This document shows positions 1 through 8,662 of a DNA stretch of 20,000 nucleotides, in pieces. Under the pieces are notes generated by a model. That model saw only the letters and a list, made by a program, of their open reading frames with translations. It made no database searches and had not been told where the DNA came from. How positions within the stretch are numbered: position 1 is the first letter of the stretch; each line of letters opens with the position of its first letter. Origin of the DNA: an uncultured virus (IMG/VR IMGVR_UViG_3300027283_000132) (lineage: Duplodnaviria; Heunggongvirae; Uroviricota; Caudoviricetes). The position numbers and the translations under genes were made by a program. The stretch covers positions 61,497-81,496 of IMG/VR virus record IMGVR_UViG_3300027283_000132, one strand, 5' to 3'.

Positions 1-1
1 C

Positions 2-109
2 GCAGCGGCCAAGCGGCTGATCAAGGACGCCGAGGCCGAAGGCCGAACGCTGAGCTTTGCGGAGGCGGCCCGGCAGATCGAAGAAACCATGGAGAGCGAC
101 GATGCCTAA
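2..109 (+). CDS. 3' end of upstream gene, probably Mu-like prohead protease/scaffold (partial)
   Basis: Open frame from the window edge, AAAKRLIKDAEAEGRTLSFAEAARQIEETMESDDA*, with TAA at 107-109 overlapping the next ATG at 102. The position before the cement and capsid genes fits a protease/scaffold C-terminus. Confidence 0.6.
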   Translation, partial: AAAKRLIKDAEAEGRTLSFAEAARQIEETMESDDA

Positions 110-467
110 TCCCGGTATGTTCATCAAATCCTACACCGCCGAGGCGGCGGTGCCCGGCCGCCGGATCGTCAAATTCGGCGCGGGCGGCGGCATCCTTGTG
201 GCCGCCTCCGCGACCAATCTCGCGATTGGCATCTCGGACCAACTGGATGCGGCCATTGGCCAGACAGCGGACGTGATCATGTCCGGCTCCGGAGAGCTCA
301 AGCTCGCGGGCACAGTCGCCGCAGGTGCGCCCGTCGCCTCGAACGCCTCGGGCCTCGGTGTGGCCGCAGTGGCCGGAGCCGGAAACATCGCCATCGGCTA
401 CGCGCTGCAGGCGGGCGTCGCTGGCGACATCATCGACGTGGCCATCGCCCGTCACTCTGTCACCTGA
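102..467 (+). CDS. Capsid cement/decoration protein (DUF2190-like)
   Basis: ATG at 102 with GGAG upstream. Small Ala/Gly-rich beta protein (RRIVKFG...GTVAAGAPVASNASGLGV...IGYALQAGVAGDIIDV) directly before the capsid gene. Confidence 0.8.
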   Translation: MPNPGMFIKSYTAEAAVPGRRIVKFGAGGGILVAASATNLAIGISDQLDAAIGQTADVIMSGSGELKLAGTVAAGAPVASNASGLGVAAVAGAGNIAIGYALQAGVAGDIIDVAIARHSVT

Positions 468-486
468 TCTTTAGGAGCGCTGATCC

Positions 487-1446
487 ATGAGCACCCCCAC
501 CCCCTTTGTCGTCGATCCGGTCCTGACCGCCATCGCCGTCAATTTCCGCAACCCCGACATCTCGTTCATTGCCGACGAGGTCATGCCGCGCGTGCCGGTC
601 ATGGCTACGGATTTCAAATGGACCTATTTCCCGCCTGAGCAGATGTTCACGGTGCCCGACACGGAAGTCGGCCGCAAAGGTCTGGTCCAACAGGTTGAGT
701 TCACCGGCGAAGAGCGCACCTCTTCGGTCAAGGACTACGGTCTCGACGACGTGGTGCCGCAGCGCGACATCGATGCCGCCCGCGCCCTGCGCGCCGCTGG
801 CAATTCGGCTTTCGATCCCGAGGCGCGCGCCGTCGAGGGTCTGGCCCATCTGATCCAGCTCGACCGCGAAAAGCGCGTGGCCGCCATGGTGCAGGACGCG
901 GCCAACTATGACGCGGACAAAAAAGTGGTGCTCTCGGGCGCGGGCCAGTTCAGCGATCCCACGTCCGATCCCATCGGCGTGATCTCTGCCGCCCTTGATG
1001 CCACCTTCATCATGCGCCCCAACGTGGCCGCGATGGGGCGTAAGGCCTGGACGGCGCTCTCGACCCATCCCGATATCCTGAAGGCCATCAACCGGACCTC
1101 GGGCGACAAGGGCCGCGCCGGCCGCGAGGCGGTGGCGGAGCTTTTCGAACTCTCTCAGATCCTCGTGGGCGACAGCTATATCAACTCGGCCCGCAAGGGT
1201 CAGACGGCTGCCTTCGAGAAGGTCTGGGGCGGCAATATCGCCCTGATCCATCGCAACACTCAGGCCGGTCCGGACGGCACCGCCCCCGCATGGGGCTGGA
1301 CGGCGCAGTTCGACGGGCGCGTCTCGGGGCGCTTCTTTGACCCCAAGGTCGGCCTCAAAGGTTCCACCACGCTCCGCGTAGGCGAGCAGGTCCGCGAAGT
1401 CATCGCGGCTCCGGCCACCGGCTATCTGATCGAGGATGCGGCATGA
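487..1446 (+). CDS. Major capsid protein (lambda gpE/HK97-fold type)
   Basis: 319 aa, AGGAG RBS, N-terminal VDPVLTAIAVNFRN...FIADEVMPRVPV, central LDREKRVA and C-terminal GYLIEDA typical of this capsid family. Confidence 0.88.
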   Translation: MSTPTPFVVDPVLTAIAVNFRNPDISFIADEVMPRVPVMATDFKWTYFPPEQMFTVPDTEVGRKGLVQQVEFTGEERTSSVKDYGLDDVVPQRDIDAARALRAAGNSAFDPEARAVEGLAHLIQLDREKRVAAMVQDAANYDADKKVVLSGAGQFSDPTSDPIGVISAALDATFIMRPNVAAMGRKAWTALSTHPDILKAINRTSGDKGRAGREAVAELFELSQILVGDSYINSARKGQTAAFEKVWGGNIALIHRNTQAGPDGTAPAWGWTAQFDGRVSGRFFDPKVGLKGSTTLRVGEQVREVIAAPATGYLIEDAA

Positions 1447-1799
1447 GCTATCTCATCAAACGCACCGTGATCGCAGCCAAGCGGCTGGAGGCGGGAACGA
1501 CCGTCCCCGCGCAAAAAATCGGCGGGGAGGCGCAGATTGCGCGCCTTCTCGCCCTGGGCGCAATCGAAGAGGCCGGGGACGCGGCAGACACCGCGCCGCC
1601 GCTTGTCCTCGACGACGCGCTGCGCGTGGCCTTGACCAATGCCATCAACGCCCTGCCCGGCGACGCCTTCGACAAGAGCGGCAAGCCCAAGGTCAAGGCA
1701 CTGCAGGACGCGCTTCCCGGTTTGGCCGACCAGATCACCGCCGCCGCGCGGGATTCGGTCTGGGCCGGGATGCAGGCCGCCGCCAACGCGGCATCCTGA
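1443..1799 (+). CDS. Mu gp35-like head-associated protein with a C-terminal helix-extension-helix-like domain
   Basis: ATGA overlap with the capsid stop. C-terminal FDKSGKPKVKAL...ITAAARDSVW motif is of the kind seen in genes following Mu-like capsids. Confidence 0.6.
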   Translation: MSYLIKRTVIAAKRLEAGTTVPAQKIGGEAQIARLLALGAIEEAGDAADTAPPLVLDDALRVALTNAINALPGDAFDKSGKPKVKALQDALPGLADQITAAARDSVWAGMQAAANAAS

Positions 1800-1950
1800 A
1801 ATTCCAGAGCGAAAGGATCAATCGCGAACCTCACGGGCACATAGGGCGACAACCAGACCCCTCCGGAGGCGATCCGAGTAGGCGCGGCCCACGCGAGTTG
1901 GAGCCTGCAACGTCTGAGGAATGGACGTGACAGCCGGGAGAGACCGGCAC
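1800..1950 (+). ncRNA. Candidate structured RNA / cis-regulatory leader
   Basis: Largest non-coding gap in the head-tail operon, with consecutive stems GTAGGC 1878-1883/GCCTGC 1903-1908, ACGTCT 1910-1915/GGACGT 1923-1928 and GCCGG 1933-1937/CCGGC 1944-1948 (loop GAGAGA). Confidence 0.45.
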
Positions 1951-1975
1951 CAAACACCCAACCCGGAGGCGCGCC

Positions 1976-2203
1976 ATGGCCGAGACGATCAAGAGCACCG
2001 ACGACACCCGGGTCGAAAACAGCCCCGTGCGGCACAGCTACCGCAAACTGGGCGACATCGAGAAGGCCCGGGTCGAGGCGATCAAGGATATCGGCCAAAG
2101 GTTTCTCGACGAGATCGCCGCCGATCAGGGCCGCGAGTTTTCCCTCGCGCGCACCAAGATCGAAGAGGCCGTCATGTGGGCCGTCAAAGGGGTGGCCCGC
2201 TGA
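1976..2203 (+). CDS. Acb2/Tad1-like helical-hairpin protein, putative cyclic-nucleotide immune-signal sponge (anti-CBASS/anti-Thoeris)
   Basis: GGAGG RBS at 1965-1969. YRKLGDIEKARVEAIKDIGQRF resembles the Acb2 YRxL..E.....VK..G..F segment, and GREFSLARTKIEEAVMW resembles the Tad1-type RE.(S/A)..TK.EEA.MW helix. Confidence 0.7.
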   Translation: MAETIKSTDDTRVENSPVRHSYRKLGDIEKARVEAIKDIGQRFLDEIAADQGREFSLARTKIEEAVMWAVKGVAR

Positions 2204-2628
2204 TGGCCTACCTGACTGTGCAAGACATGATCGACCGCTACGGCGAAGGCTTCCTCGCCGAAGTGACGGCGCGTGACACAATCCCCGGCGTGATCGGTAT
2301 GACCGCGCTGCAGGTGGCCGTGGACGACGCCGTGTCTGTCGCCGAGAGCTATGTCGCAGGGCTTTACAATGCAGACAATCCGCCCCGTGTCCTGACGATG
2401 CATACTGCGGCAATTGCCTGGTACCGGCTGCTCGGTGCGCGGGCCGCCGCCTTTGACGGGGCCGAAGAGGGCTATGAGGCCGCGATCAGCTTTCTGCGCG
2501 AAGTGCGCAAGGGCGAGGCCTCGCTCGGAGACGAGACGCCCGAGGACACAGGCCGGGGCAATCCCCAGCTACCCCAGATCAGCGCGCCGGAGGGCACCTT
2601 CACCCGCGACAGCCTGAAGGGGTTCTGA
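2203..2628 (+). CDS. Mu gp36-like head-tail adaptor (DUF1320)
   Basis: True start is the ATG at 2203 (TGATG overlap). MAYLTVQDMIDRYG...AIAWYRL...YEAAISFLREVRKGEASLG...FTRDSLKGF is the characteristic gp36 pattern. Confidence 0.88.
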   Translation: MAYLTVQDMIDRYGEGFLAEVTARDTIPGVIGMTALQVAVDDAVSVAESYVAGLYNADNPPRVLTMHTAAIAWYRLLGARAAAFDGAEEGYEAAISFLREVRKGEASLGDETPEDTGRGNPQLPQISAPEGTFTRDSLKGF

Positions 2629-2629
2629 G

Positions 2630-3133
2630 ATGGTCACCCTCACAGTCAGCCTCGACAGTCTCGACTTTGACAGCGCCATTGCCAATGGCCTGCGCCAGTT
2701 GTCCGACCTCACCCCTTTGATGCGCCGCATCGGCACCGTTCTGGAAACCTCCGTCTCGGAGCGGTTCGAGAAGGGCGAAGGCCCGGGCGGCATCGCGTGG
2801 CCCGTCTCGCACCGCGCGCGCGAGTTCGGCGGCAAGACGCTGGTCGACAGTACACGCCTGCGGGACAGCATCGTGACAGAGGCTGACAGCCAGTCCGCGC
2901 GCATCGGCACCAACGTGCCCTACGCCGCCACCCATCAGTTTGGCGCGTTCATCGAGCCGAAGGCCGCGGGCGGTGACGCCACGGCCAAACTCGCCTTCAC
3001 CCTGCCCAATGGCCAATTCATCATGGTCGACCAGGTCGAAATTCCAGCCCGGCCCTTTCTGGGCTTTGACGACAAGGACGAGACCGACATCGTGGACACG
3101 GTCGAGACCTATCTCCGCGAGGTATTCGCATGA
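2630..3133 (+). CDS. Phage virion morphogenesis protein (Mu gpG-like tail completion)
   Basis: Motifs DLTPLMRRIG, RF....GPGG..W, KTLVDSTRLRDSI, IGTNVPYAATHQFG and IPARPFLG. Confidence 0.92.
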   Translation: MVTLTVSLDSLDFDSAIANGLRQLSDLTPLMRRIGTVLETSVSERFEKGEGPGGIAWPVSHRAREFGGKTLVDSTRLRDSIVTEADSQSARIGTNVPYAATHQFGAFIEPKAAGGDATAKLAFTLPNGQFIMVDQVEIPARPFLGFDDKDETDIVDTVETYLREVFA

Positions 3134-3564
3134 ACATCTCCGATGTCATGGCCCGCCTCGCGGCTGAGGTGCCCGAACTTGGCGGTCGTATCGACGGCGG
3201 GCGCGCCTTTGTCGATCTGATCCGCTCGAAGAAACTGCCGGCGCAATCGGTCGCGGCCTATGTCTTTCCCTCCGGCATTCAGGGGGGCCGCCCGGATGCT
3301 GCGTCGGGTGTGTTCAGCCAGATGCTGACCCACCGCACGAGCGTGGTGATCTTCGCCCAAAGTTTTGATCGCACCGGGGCCGCCTCCCTCGACAAGATCG
3401 ACCAGTTCCTGATGCGCGTGGTGCGCGCCTTGGCGGGATGGGCACCGGGCGACGAGGTCGGTGTCTTCCGGTTCGAGCGCGGCCAACTCATGTCCAGCGG
3501 TGCCGGTGTGCTCGCCTACCAGCTTGATTTCTCCATCGATGACCAACTGAGGATCCTCTCATGA
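3130..3564 (+). CDS. Tail terminator protein (Mu gp37-like)
   Basis: ATGA overlap, 144 aa, AAYVFP, ALAGWAP and terminal LAYQLDF, located before the tail tube gene. Confidence 0.8.
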   Translation: MNISDVMARLAAEVPELGGRIDGGRAFVDLIRSKKLPAQSVAAYVFPSGIQGGRPDAASGVFSQMLTHRTSVVIFAQSFDRTGAASLDKIDQFLMRVVRALAGWAPGDEVGVFRFERGQLMSSGAGVLAYQLDFSIDDQLRILS

Positions 3565-3689
3565 CCAATCTTCCGACCTCCGGCGGGGCGTACACCCGCG
3601 ATGACAAGGGCGCGCTGAAGCGCGCGGATGCGTCGCCCTCAAAGCCCGCCCCCACCCCGAAACCCGAGAAGAAGGACGCTGACAAATGA
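3561..3689 (+). CDS. Small 42-aa hypothetical protein (not in the ORF track)
   Basis: MTNLPTSGGAYTRDDKGALKRADASPSKPAPTPKPEKKDADK*. It fills the gap exactly, with ATGA overlaps at both ends and GAGGA upstream. Confidence 0.7.
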   Translation: MTNLPTSGGAYTRDDKGALKRADASPSKPAPTPKPEKKDADK

Positions 3690-4621
3690 GCCTGCTCTGG
3701 AGACGCAAGGTCCTGCTGGCCAAGCAGGAAACCACCTATGGCACCGATGCCGCCCCGACCGGCACTGATGCAATCCTCGCCACGGATGTGCGCCTGTCGC
3801 CGATGCAGGGTCAGGATCTGGACCGCAATCTCGATACGCCGCACGGCGGCCCCACCGGCACGATCCCCGTCGATCTGCACCGCACGATCTCGTTCAAGGT
3901 CGAACTGGCAGGCTCCGGTACCGTCGGCACCGCGCCCCGCTGGGGCCGTCTCCTGCGCGCCTGCGGCTGTGCCGAGACCGTGACGGCGGCCACCTCCGTG
4001 GTCTACAACCGGGTCTATTCAAACCTCGAGAGCATCACACTCCACCTCAATATCGGCGGCACGCTCTATGCCATGGTGGGCGTGCGCGGCACCGCCGCCT
4101 TTGACGTCTCGGCCTCGGGCATTCCCTATATCGAGTTCGAGTTCACGGCCCTCTATGTGGCCCCGGCCGACGTGGTCCAGCCAACCCCGGACTTTATCGG
4201 CATTCCCGACCCGCTGGCCGCGTCGGATGCCAACACGCCGGTCTTCACGATTGATAGCACCTCGCTCGTGATGCGCAATTTCAAGCTCACCCTCGCCAAC
4301 CGCATCGAGGCGCAGTTTCTGATCGGCGAGGAGGAAGTGATCCTCGACGGGCATGAGAACACCATCGAGGCGCGGGTGCGCGCCGTGACGCTCTCCACCT
4401 TCAACCCGTTCACCATGGCGGCCACCCAAGAGAAGGTCGCCGTCGAGATCGAGCACGGCAAGACGGCGGGCAACATCGTCAATATCGCGGCCCCGAATGC
4501 CCAGATGCAGCGTCCCGAGGGGCTGGAGGACGGGCAAGGCCGCAAGGAATGGCCGCTGCGCCTCGTGCCACTGCCCACCGCCTCCACCGCCGCCGACCAG
4601 TGGGCGATGACGCTCACCTGA
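3686..4621 (+). CDS. Major tail tube protein
   Basis: 311 aa, LLAKQETTYGTDAAPT N-terminus and VELAGSGT.GTAP.WG.LLRACG motif, located between the terminator and the chaperone. Confidence 0.88.
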   Translation: MSLLWRRKVLLAKQETTYGTDAAPTGTDAILATDVRLSPMQGQDLDRNLDTPHGGPTGTIPVDLHRTISFKVELAGSGTVGTAPRWGRLLRACGCAETVTAATSVVYNRVYSNLESITLHLNIGGTLYAMVGVRGTAAFDVSASGIPYIEFEFTALYVAPADVVQPTPDFIGIPDPLAASDANTPVFTIDSTSLVMRNFKLTLANRIEAQFLIGEEEVILDGHENTIEARVRAVTLSTFNPFTMAATQEKVAVEIEHGKTAGNIVNIAAPNAQMQRPEGLEDGQGRKEWPLRLVPLPTASTAADQWAMTLT

Positions 4622-4626
4622 GGGGG

Positions 4627-4656
4627 TTCAACGCCCCCTTCAATGCCCCTTTGAAA
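4627..4656. repeat. 12-bp phased TTCAA/TTGAA motif
   Basis: TTCAA at 4627 and 4639 and TTGAA at 4651, separated by GC-rich spacers. Related arrays occur at 18354-18382 and 19274-19302. Confidence 0.6.
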
Positions 4657-4670
4657 GAGAGTTCACCCCC

Positions 4671-5000
4671 ATGTTCAAGATCGACCAGACGCCGACCTTC
4701 ACCCACCCTGTCGAGATCAAGGTGCCCGCCGATGGCGGCCATGATCTCCAGACGCTCAATGCCACCTTCCGCGTGCTGCCCGATGAAGAGATTGAGGCGC
4801 TCGACATGCGCACCACGCGCGGCGAGCGCGAGTTCCTGTCGGCGGCCATCGTCAGTCTCGACGACATCGAGGACGAGAAGGGCAACAAGCTGCCTTACAG
4901 CCACGGCCTGCGCGACCGGCTGATTGGACTGGCCTATGTCCGCGTCGCCCTGGTCAACGCCTATTACGCGGCGTTGGTGGGGAAACGGGTAAAAAACTGA
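4671..5000 (+). CDS. Tail assembly chaperone (gpG equivalent)
   Basis: 109 aa between the tube and tape measure genes, ending in ...KRVKN* on a slippery heptamer. Confidence 0.85.
   Translation: MFKIDQTPTFTHPVEIKVPADGGHDLQTLNATFRVLPDEEIEALDMRTTRGEREFLSAAIVSLDDIEDEKGNKLPYSHGLRDRLIGLAYVRVALVNAYYAALVGKRVKN
4991..4997 (+). other. Programmed -1 ribosomal frameshift site A AAA AAC
   Basis: X XXY YYZ heptamer in the correct phase immediately before the TGA at 4998-5000. The -1 frame is open to 5347. Confidence 0.85.
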
Positions 5001-5347
5001 AATGGGCCGGGCGGGCATGGGCGCGCGGCGACCTGATCGCAGATGACGCAGGCGGCGACCATGACGACGAGGCGGAATTCTGGGGGATCGACCCGGGTCA
5101 CCTCCGCCGCGATCCGTCCGGCTCTGGTGTTTGGCCGCAGAATGTCCCGGCGGTGCGGGCCTTTCTCGCGGTCTGCAATCAATGGCGCACCGTCTCGGCC
5201 GGGCTGGCGGGTTTCCGCGTGGTGGGCCTTGACTACACGGCCGCGCGGGCGGGCCTGCGCATGAGCGGGGTCAAGGTCACGCCCGCGCTTTGGGCCGAGG
5301 TGCAGGTGATCGAAGGCGCGGCTGTGGCCGCGATGAGGGAGAACTGA
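4997..5347 (+). CDS. Frameshift extension of the tail chaperone (gpGT equivalent, DUF1799-like)
   Basis: The -1 frame reads LKWAGRAWARGDLIADD...VWPQNVPAVRAFLAVCNQWR...GLDYTAARAGL...VIEGAAVAAMREN*. The VWP.N..A...F.....QWR and GLDY motifs fit DUF1799. Confidence 0.82.
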   Translation: MKWAGRAWARGDLIADDAGGDHDDEAEFWGIDPGHLRRDPSGSGVWPQNVPAVRAFLAVCNQWRTVSAGLAGFRVVGLDYTAARAGLRMSGVKVTPALWAEVQVIEGAAVAAMREN

Positions 5348-5348
5348 G

Positions 5349-8000
5349 ATGGCATTCCGTGTCCAGGGCGAGATCCTCATGGACGCCGATCAGGCGAAGG
5401 CGGAGTTGCAGGCCACCGGCACCGCCGCGAAATCGGCCTCCCAGGACATTCGCGGCGTCGGCACCCAAGGTGCAACCGCCGCACGCGGGGTCAAGCAGCT
5501 TGAGACGGCCGCCAGAACCTCCGCTACGGGCCTTAGGGCGGCAAGCTCGGCCGCCGAGGTCAATGCAGCGGCGACCCAGAAAATGGCCTCGGCCAATCGC
5601 CTCGCCGCAGGCTCGATGGGCAACCTCGTGGCGCAGGGCAATGACGTGTTTGTCATGCTCGCGGCGGGTCAGAACCCGCTCACGCTGGCCATTCAGCAGG
5701 GCACGCAAATCACTCAGGTGATCGGGCCGCTCGGGGCGGCGGGCGCGTTCCGGGCATTGGGCGGGGCGGTTCTCGCGATGCTGAGCCCGATCAATCTGAT
5801 CACCATCGGCGCACTGGCGGCGACCGCTACCGTGGTCAATTGGTTCATGTCCTCCTCGGAAGAGGCCGAGAGTTTCGCGGACAGCGTCGAGGCGCTCGAG
5901 AACCGGATCGACAGCCTGAGGGACAAGATCGCCGAGGCCTCATCCACCCGGCTCGAACTGGCCGACCGCTTCGGCGAAGGCTTTGTGGACCGCGCCCAAG
6001 ACCTGCTCGACCGGATCGTCGAGGCCGAGAAGCGTATCACCGCCCGTGAGACCGGCGAAAACATCGGAGATTTTCTGGGCGAAACCGGCGTGGACTTTGG
6101 GCGCATCAACCGCAACCGCAACCTCCTGCCGCAATCGGTCGACGGCGGGCTCGACGTGGCCGAGGGTCAAGCGCTCTCCACGCTCGCTTCTGAGTTCGAC
6201 CTCAGCGGTCTCTTTGGGCGGATGCGTGCCGGGAGCCGTGAACTTGTTCAAGACGTTCTCAACGATTTCGCCGCCCTTCAGGAGGCCGCGCAAGGCACGG
6301 TCGAAGAACAAGCCGCCGCCGTCGACGCGCTGATCGAGAGCTACACCCGCGCCGCGCTGGCCTCGGGGGAGACGTCCGAGGCAGAGCAAGACCGCCTCCT
6401 GACGCTTGACAAAATGCGTCTGACCCTGGCCGAAGTTGCCAAGCTGCAAGGGGAAGACCCCGCCCGAAACCGCCAGACCGAAGAAATGCTGACCTTCCTC
6501 GATCTGGTGACCAAAAGCACCGGCGAGCAGCTGAAGGCCGAGGCGGCGGCGCAGGCCACGCTCTCGACCATGATCCAGCAGAATGGCGTGGCCGAGGCTA
6601 TCGCGCGGGCAGGCGCGGACAGTGCCGAGGTGACGCGGTTGCGCGCGCAGTTCGCCCTCGATGCGGCGCTTGCGGAGGCCGACGCCTCTGGCGCGAGCGA
6701 AGAAACAAAAGAGGCCATGCGCGAGGCCGCACAACACACCTTTGAAATCGCGACGAGCGACATGTCCGGCAGCATCCGCGCGGCCGCCGACGAGGCCGCG
6801 CGGCTCTCGGCCGAGGTGCGCGGTGCCGTCGATGCCATGTTCGACCTGCAATCCCAAGGCCAGGTCGGGTTGGAGAACGCCCGTATCCGGGCGGAGTTTC
6901 GCGACGATCCGATTGGGCGCGCCGGAGCCTTGGCCGGTGCTAGGTTCGACCGCGAGACGGCGGTAATCCGGGGCGAGGCCAGCGGCGATACGGCAACAGT
7001 CGATGACCTAAATGCGCGCCGGGACGCCGTTGTCGAACTGGCCCGTGAGACATCCCGCCTCAACGAGCTAGCCCGGCCGACGCGGTCCGGCAGCGGCGCG
7101 CGTGGCGCATCGGCCAACGAGACCCTGCGCGAACAGCAGGCGCTCGACCGGCTGATCGAGAGCAAGCGGCGCGAGATCGAGGCGCTGCGCGAGAGCGACC
7201 CGGTGCAGCGCGAGATGATCCGCCTGCGCGACCGCCTGACCGCCGCGACGCCAAAGCAACGCGCGGAGATCGAGGCGCTCGTCGAGGCCCATGAGAACGA
7301 GCGCGTCGCCATGGAGCGCAAGGAGGAATTCAACAACGCCGTCGACGACGTGCTGCTCGAGGCCGAAAGCCTCCGGGACGTCTGGGAGGGGATCGGCGAC
7401 ATGGTCATCCGCGCGGCCAAGGAAGCGCTGATCCTCGGCACCGGCCCGCTCTCCGGTCTCTTTGGGGGCAGCGGTGGCGGTGGTGGCGGCCTTGGCGATC
7501 TCTTTGGTCTCCTCTCGGGCGGGTCGCTGATCAATATTGCGTCTGGCGGCTTGCCCGGCGAGATGGCGCCCGGCTTTGCCAGTGGCGGCGATCCTCTTGT
7601 CACCCGTCCCGGCCTCCTCTTGGGCGCGGGCACAGGCCGGGGGGACAGGATCCGCGCGATGGTAAGCGCCGGGGAATTCATCATGACGGCCGAGGCCACG
7701 GCCCGCAACCGCGCGGTGCTCGAGGCCATGAACGCAGGCGCGATCATTCCAGGCTTTGCCGGGGGCGGCCTGCCCCTGCCCGCGCAGGCTGCCGGTGCGA
7801 CGCGAGCCCAGAGCGGTAGCGCGGGCCCGCGCATCGAGGTCGTGGCCCGCGTCGAGAACGGCAGCATCGTCCAGGACGTGCGCCGCATATCGGGGGAAGT
7901 GGCCGTGCAGGTGACGCGGGCCGGGATTGAGCAATTCACGCGCAGCGGCCTGCCGCAGGCGGTTGATCGTATCAACAAAGACCCCCGGAGGCGCGGTTGA
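5349..8000 (+). CDS. Tail tape measure protein
   Basis: 883 aa, Ala-rich and helical, with lambda-type motif AAGQNPLTLAIQQGTQI and C-terminal GFASGG...GDRIRAMVSAGEFIM, directly after the chaperones. Confidence 0.93.
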   Translation: MAFRVQGEILMDADQAKAELQATGTAAKSASQDIRGVGTQGATAARGVKQLETAARTSATGLRAASSAAEVNAAATQKMASANRLAAGSMGNLVAQGNDVFVMLAAGQNPLTLAIQQGTQITQVIGPLGAAGAFRALGGAVLAMLSPINLITIGALAATATVVNWFMSSSEEAESFADSVEALENRIDSLRDKIAEASSTRLELADRFGEGFVDRAQDLLDRIVEAEKRITARETGENIGDFLGETGVDFGRINRNRNLLPQSVDGGLDVAEGQALSTLASEFDLSGLFGRMRAGSRELVQDVLNDFAALQEAAQGTVEEQAAAVDALIESYTRAALASGETSEAEQDRLLTLDKMRLTLAEVAKLQGEDPARNRQTEEMLTFLDLVTKSTGEQLKAEAAAQATLSTMIQQNGVAEAIARAGADSAEVTRLRAQFALDAALAEADASGASEETKEAMREAAQHTFEIATSDMSGSIRAAADEAARLSAEVRGAVDAMFDLQSQGQVGLENARIRAEFRDDPIGRAGALAGARFDRETAVIRGEASGDTATVDDLNARRDAVVELARETSRLNELARPTRSGSGARGASANETLREQQALDRLIESKRREIEALRESDPVQREMIRLRDRLTAATPKQRAEIEALVEAHENERVAMERKEEFNNAVDDVLLEAESLRDVWEGIGDMVIRAAKEALILGTGPLSGLFGGSGGGGGGLGDLFGLLSGGSLINIASGGLPGEMAPGFASGGDPLVTRPGLLLGAGTGRGDRIRAMVSAGEFIMTAEATARNRAVLEAMNAGAIIPGFAGGGLPLPAQAAGATRAQSGSAGPRIEVVARVENGSIVQDVRRISGEVAVQVTRAGIEQFTRSGLPQAVDRINKDPRRRG

Positions 8001-8662
8001 TGCCCTTGGCTTTTCCCCTCGTTCTGGCCGAGTTCCAAGACCGGCTGAAAATCTCGGTCTCGCAGCTCGTGATCAACACGCCCATGCAGATCGACCGCAC
8101 GGCCAGCGGCATTCCTCTGCCTGCGCTGCTGGGTGCGCCGGTGTGGCGCGGGTCGCTTACCCTTCCCCCCATGAGCAATCGCAGCAATGCCGCGCGGATC
8201 GACGCGCTCTTGTCCGTGCTGGACACGCCGGGGGCGTCGTTTCTGGTCTACGATCCGGCAAAGACGCATCCGGCAGATGATCCGACCGGGGCGATCCTTG
8301 GCGCGGCCACGCCCACGGTCGCACAGCTTGATGCGGCAGATGCGCGGATGATCAAGCTGCAAGGCATGCCCGGTCTCTATTGGCTGCGCGGTGGCGATTT
8401 CATGGGCGTGCAGTATGGCTCCAGCCCCGTGCGATATGGCCTGCATCGGGTGGTGAGTGATATCCAGTCCGGCGCTCCGGGCACGACCGCATGGTTTCAA
8501 GTGACGCCGCCGCTCCAGCCGGGGATTGTCGTTGGCGATCCCGTGACGCTGATCAGGCCGGTAATCAAGGCGCGGCTCGAACCAAATCCGGCCTACGGCG
8601 CACATCGCGCGGGCAGAGCCGAGGGCGCACAGTTCTCCTTTGTGCAAAGCGTGGGGGTGTAG
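8000..8662 (+). CDS. Distal tail (Dit)-like protein
   Basis: ATG at 8000 (TGATG overlap, GGAGG at 7987-7991). First gene after the tape measure, with a WRGSLTLPP...FLVYDP pattern. Confidence 0.65.
   Translation: MPLAFPLVLAEFQDRLKISVSQLVINTPMQIDRTASGIPLPALLGAPVWRGSLTLPPMSNRSNAARIDALLSVLDTPGASFLVYDPAKTHPADDPTGAILGAATPTVAQLDAADARMIKLQGMPGLYWLRGGDFMGVQYGSSPVRYGLHRVVSDIQSGAPGTTAWFQVTPPLQPGIVVGDPVTLIRPVIKARLEPNPAYGAHRAGRAEGAQFSFVQSVGV

Noticed and set aside
1921..2202. Extended N-terminus of gp36 (235-aa ORF)
   Set aside because: It overlaps the sponge gene in another frame, and family similarity begins at MAY (2203).
7464..7490. GGC/GGT run as a contingency repeat
   Set aside because: It encodes an ordinary Gly linker in the tape measure protein with mixed codons.
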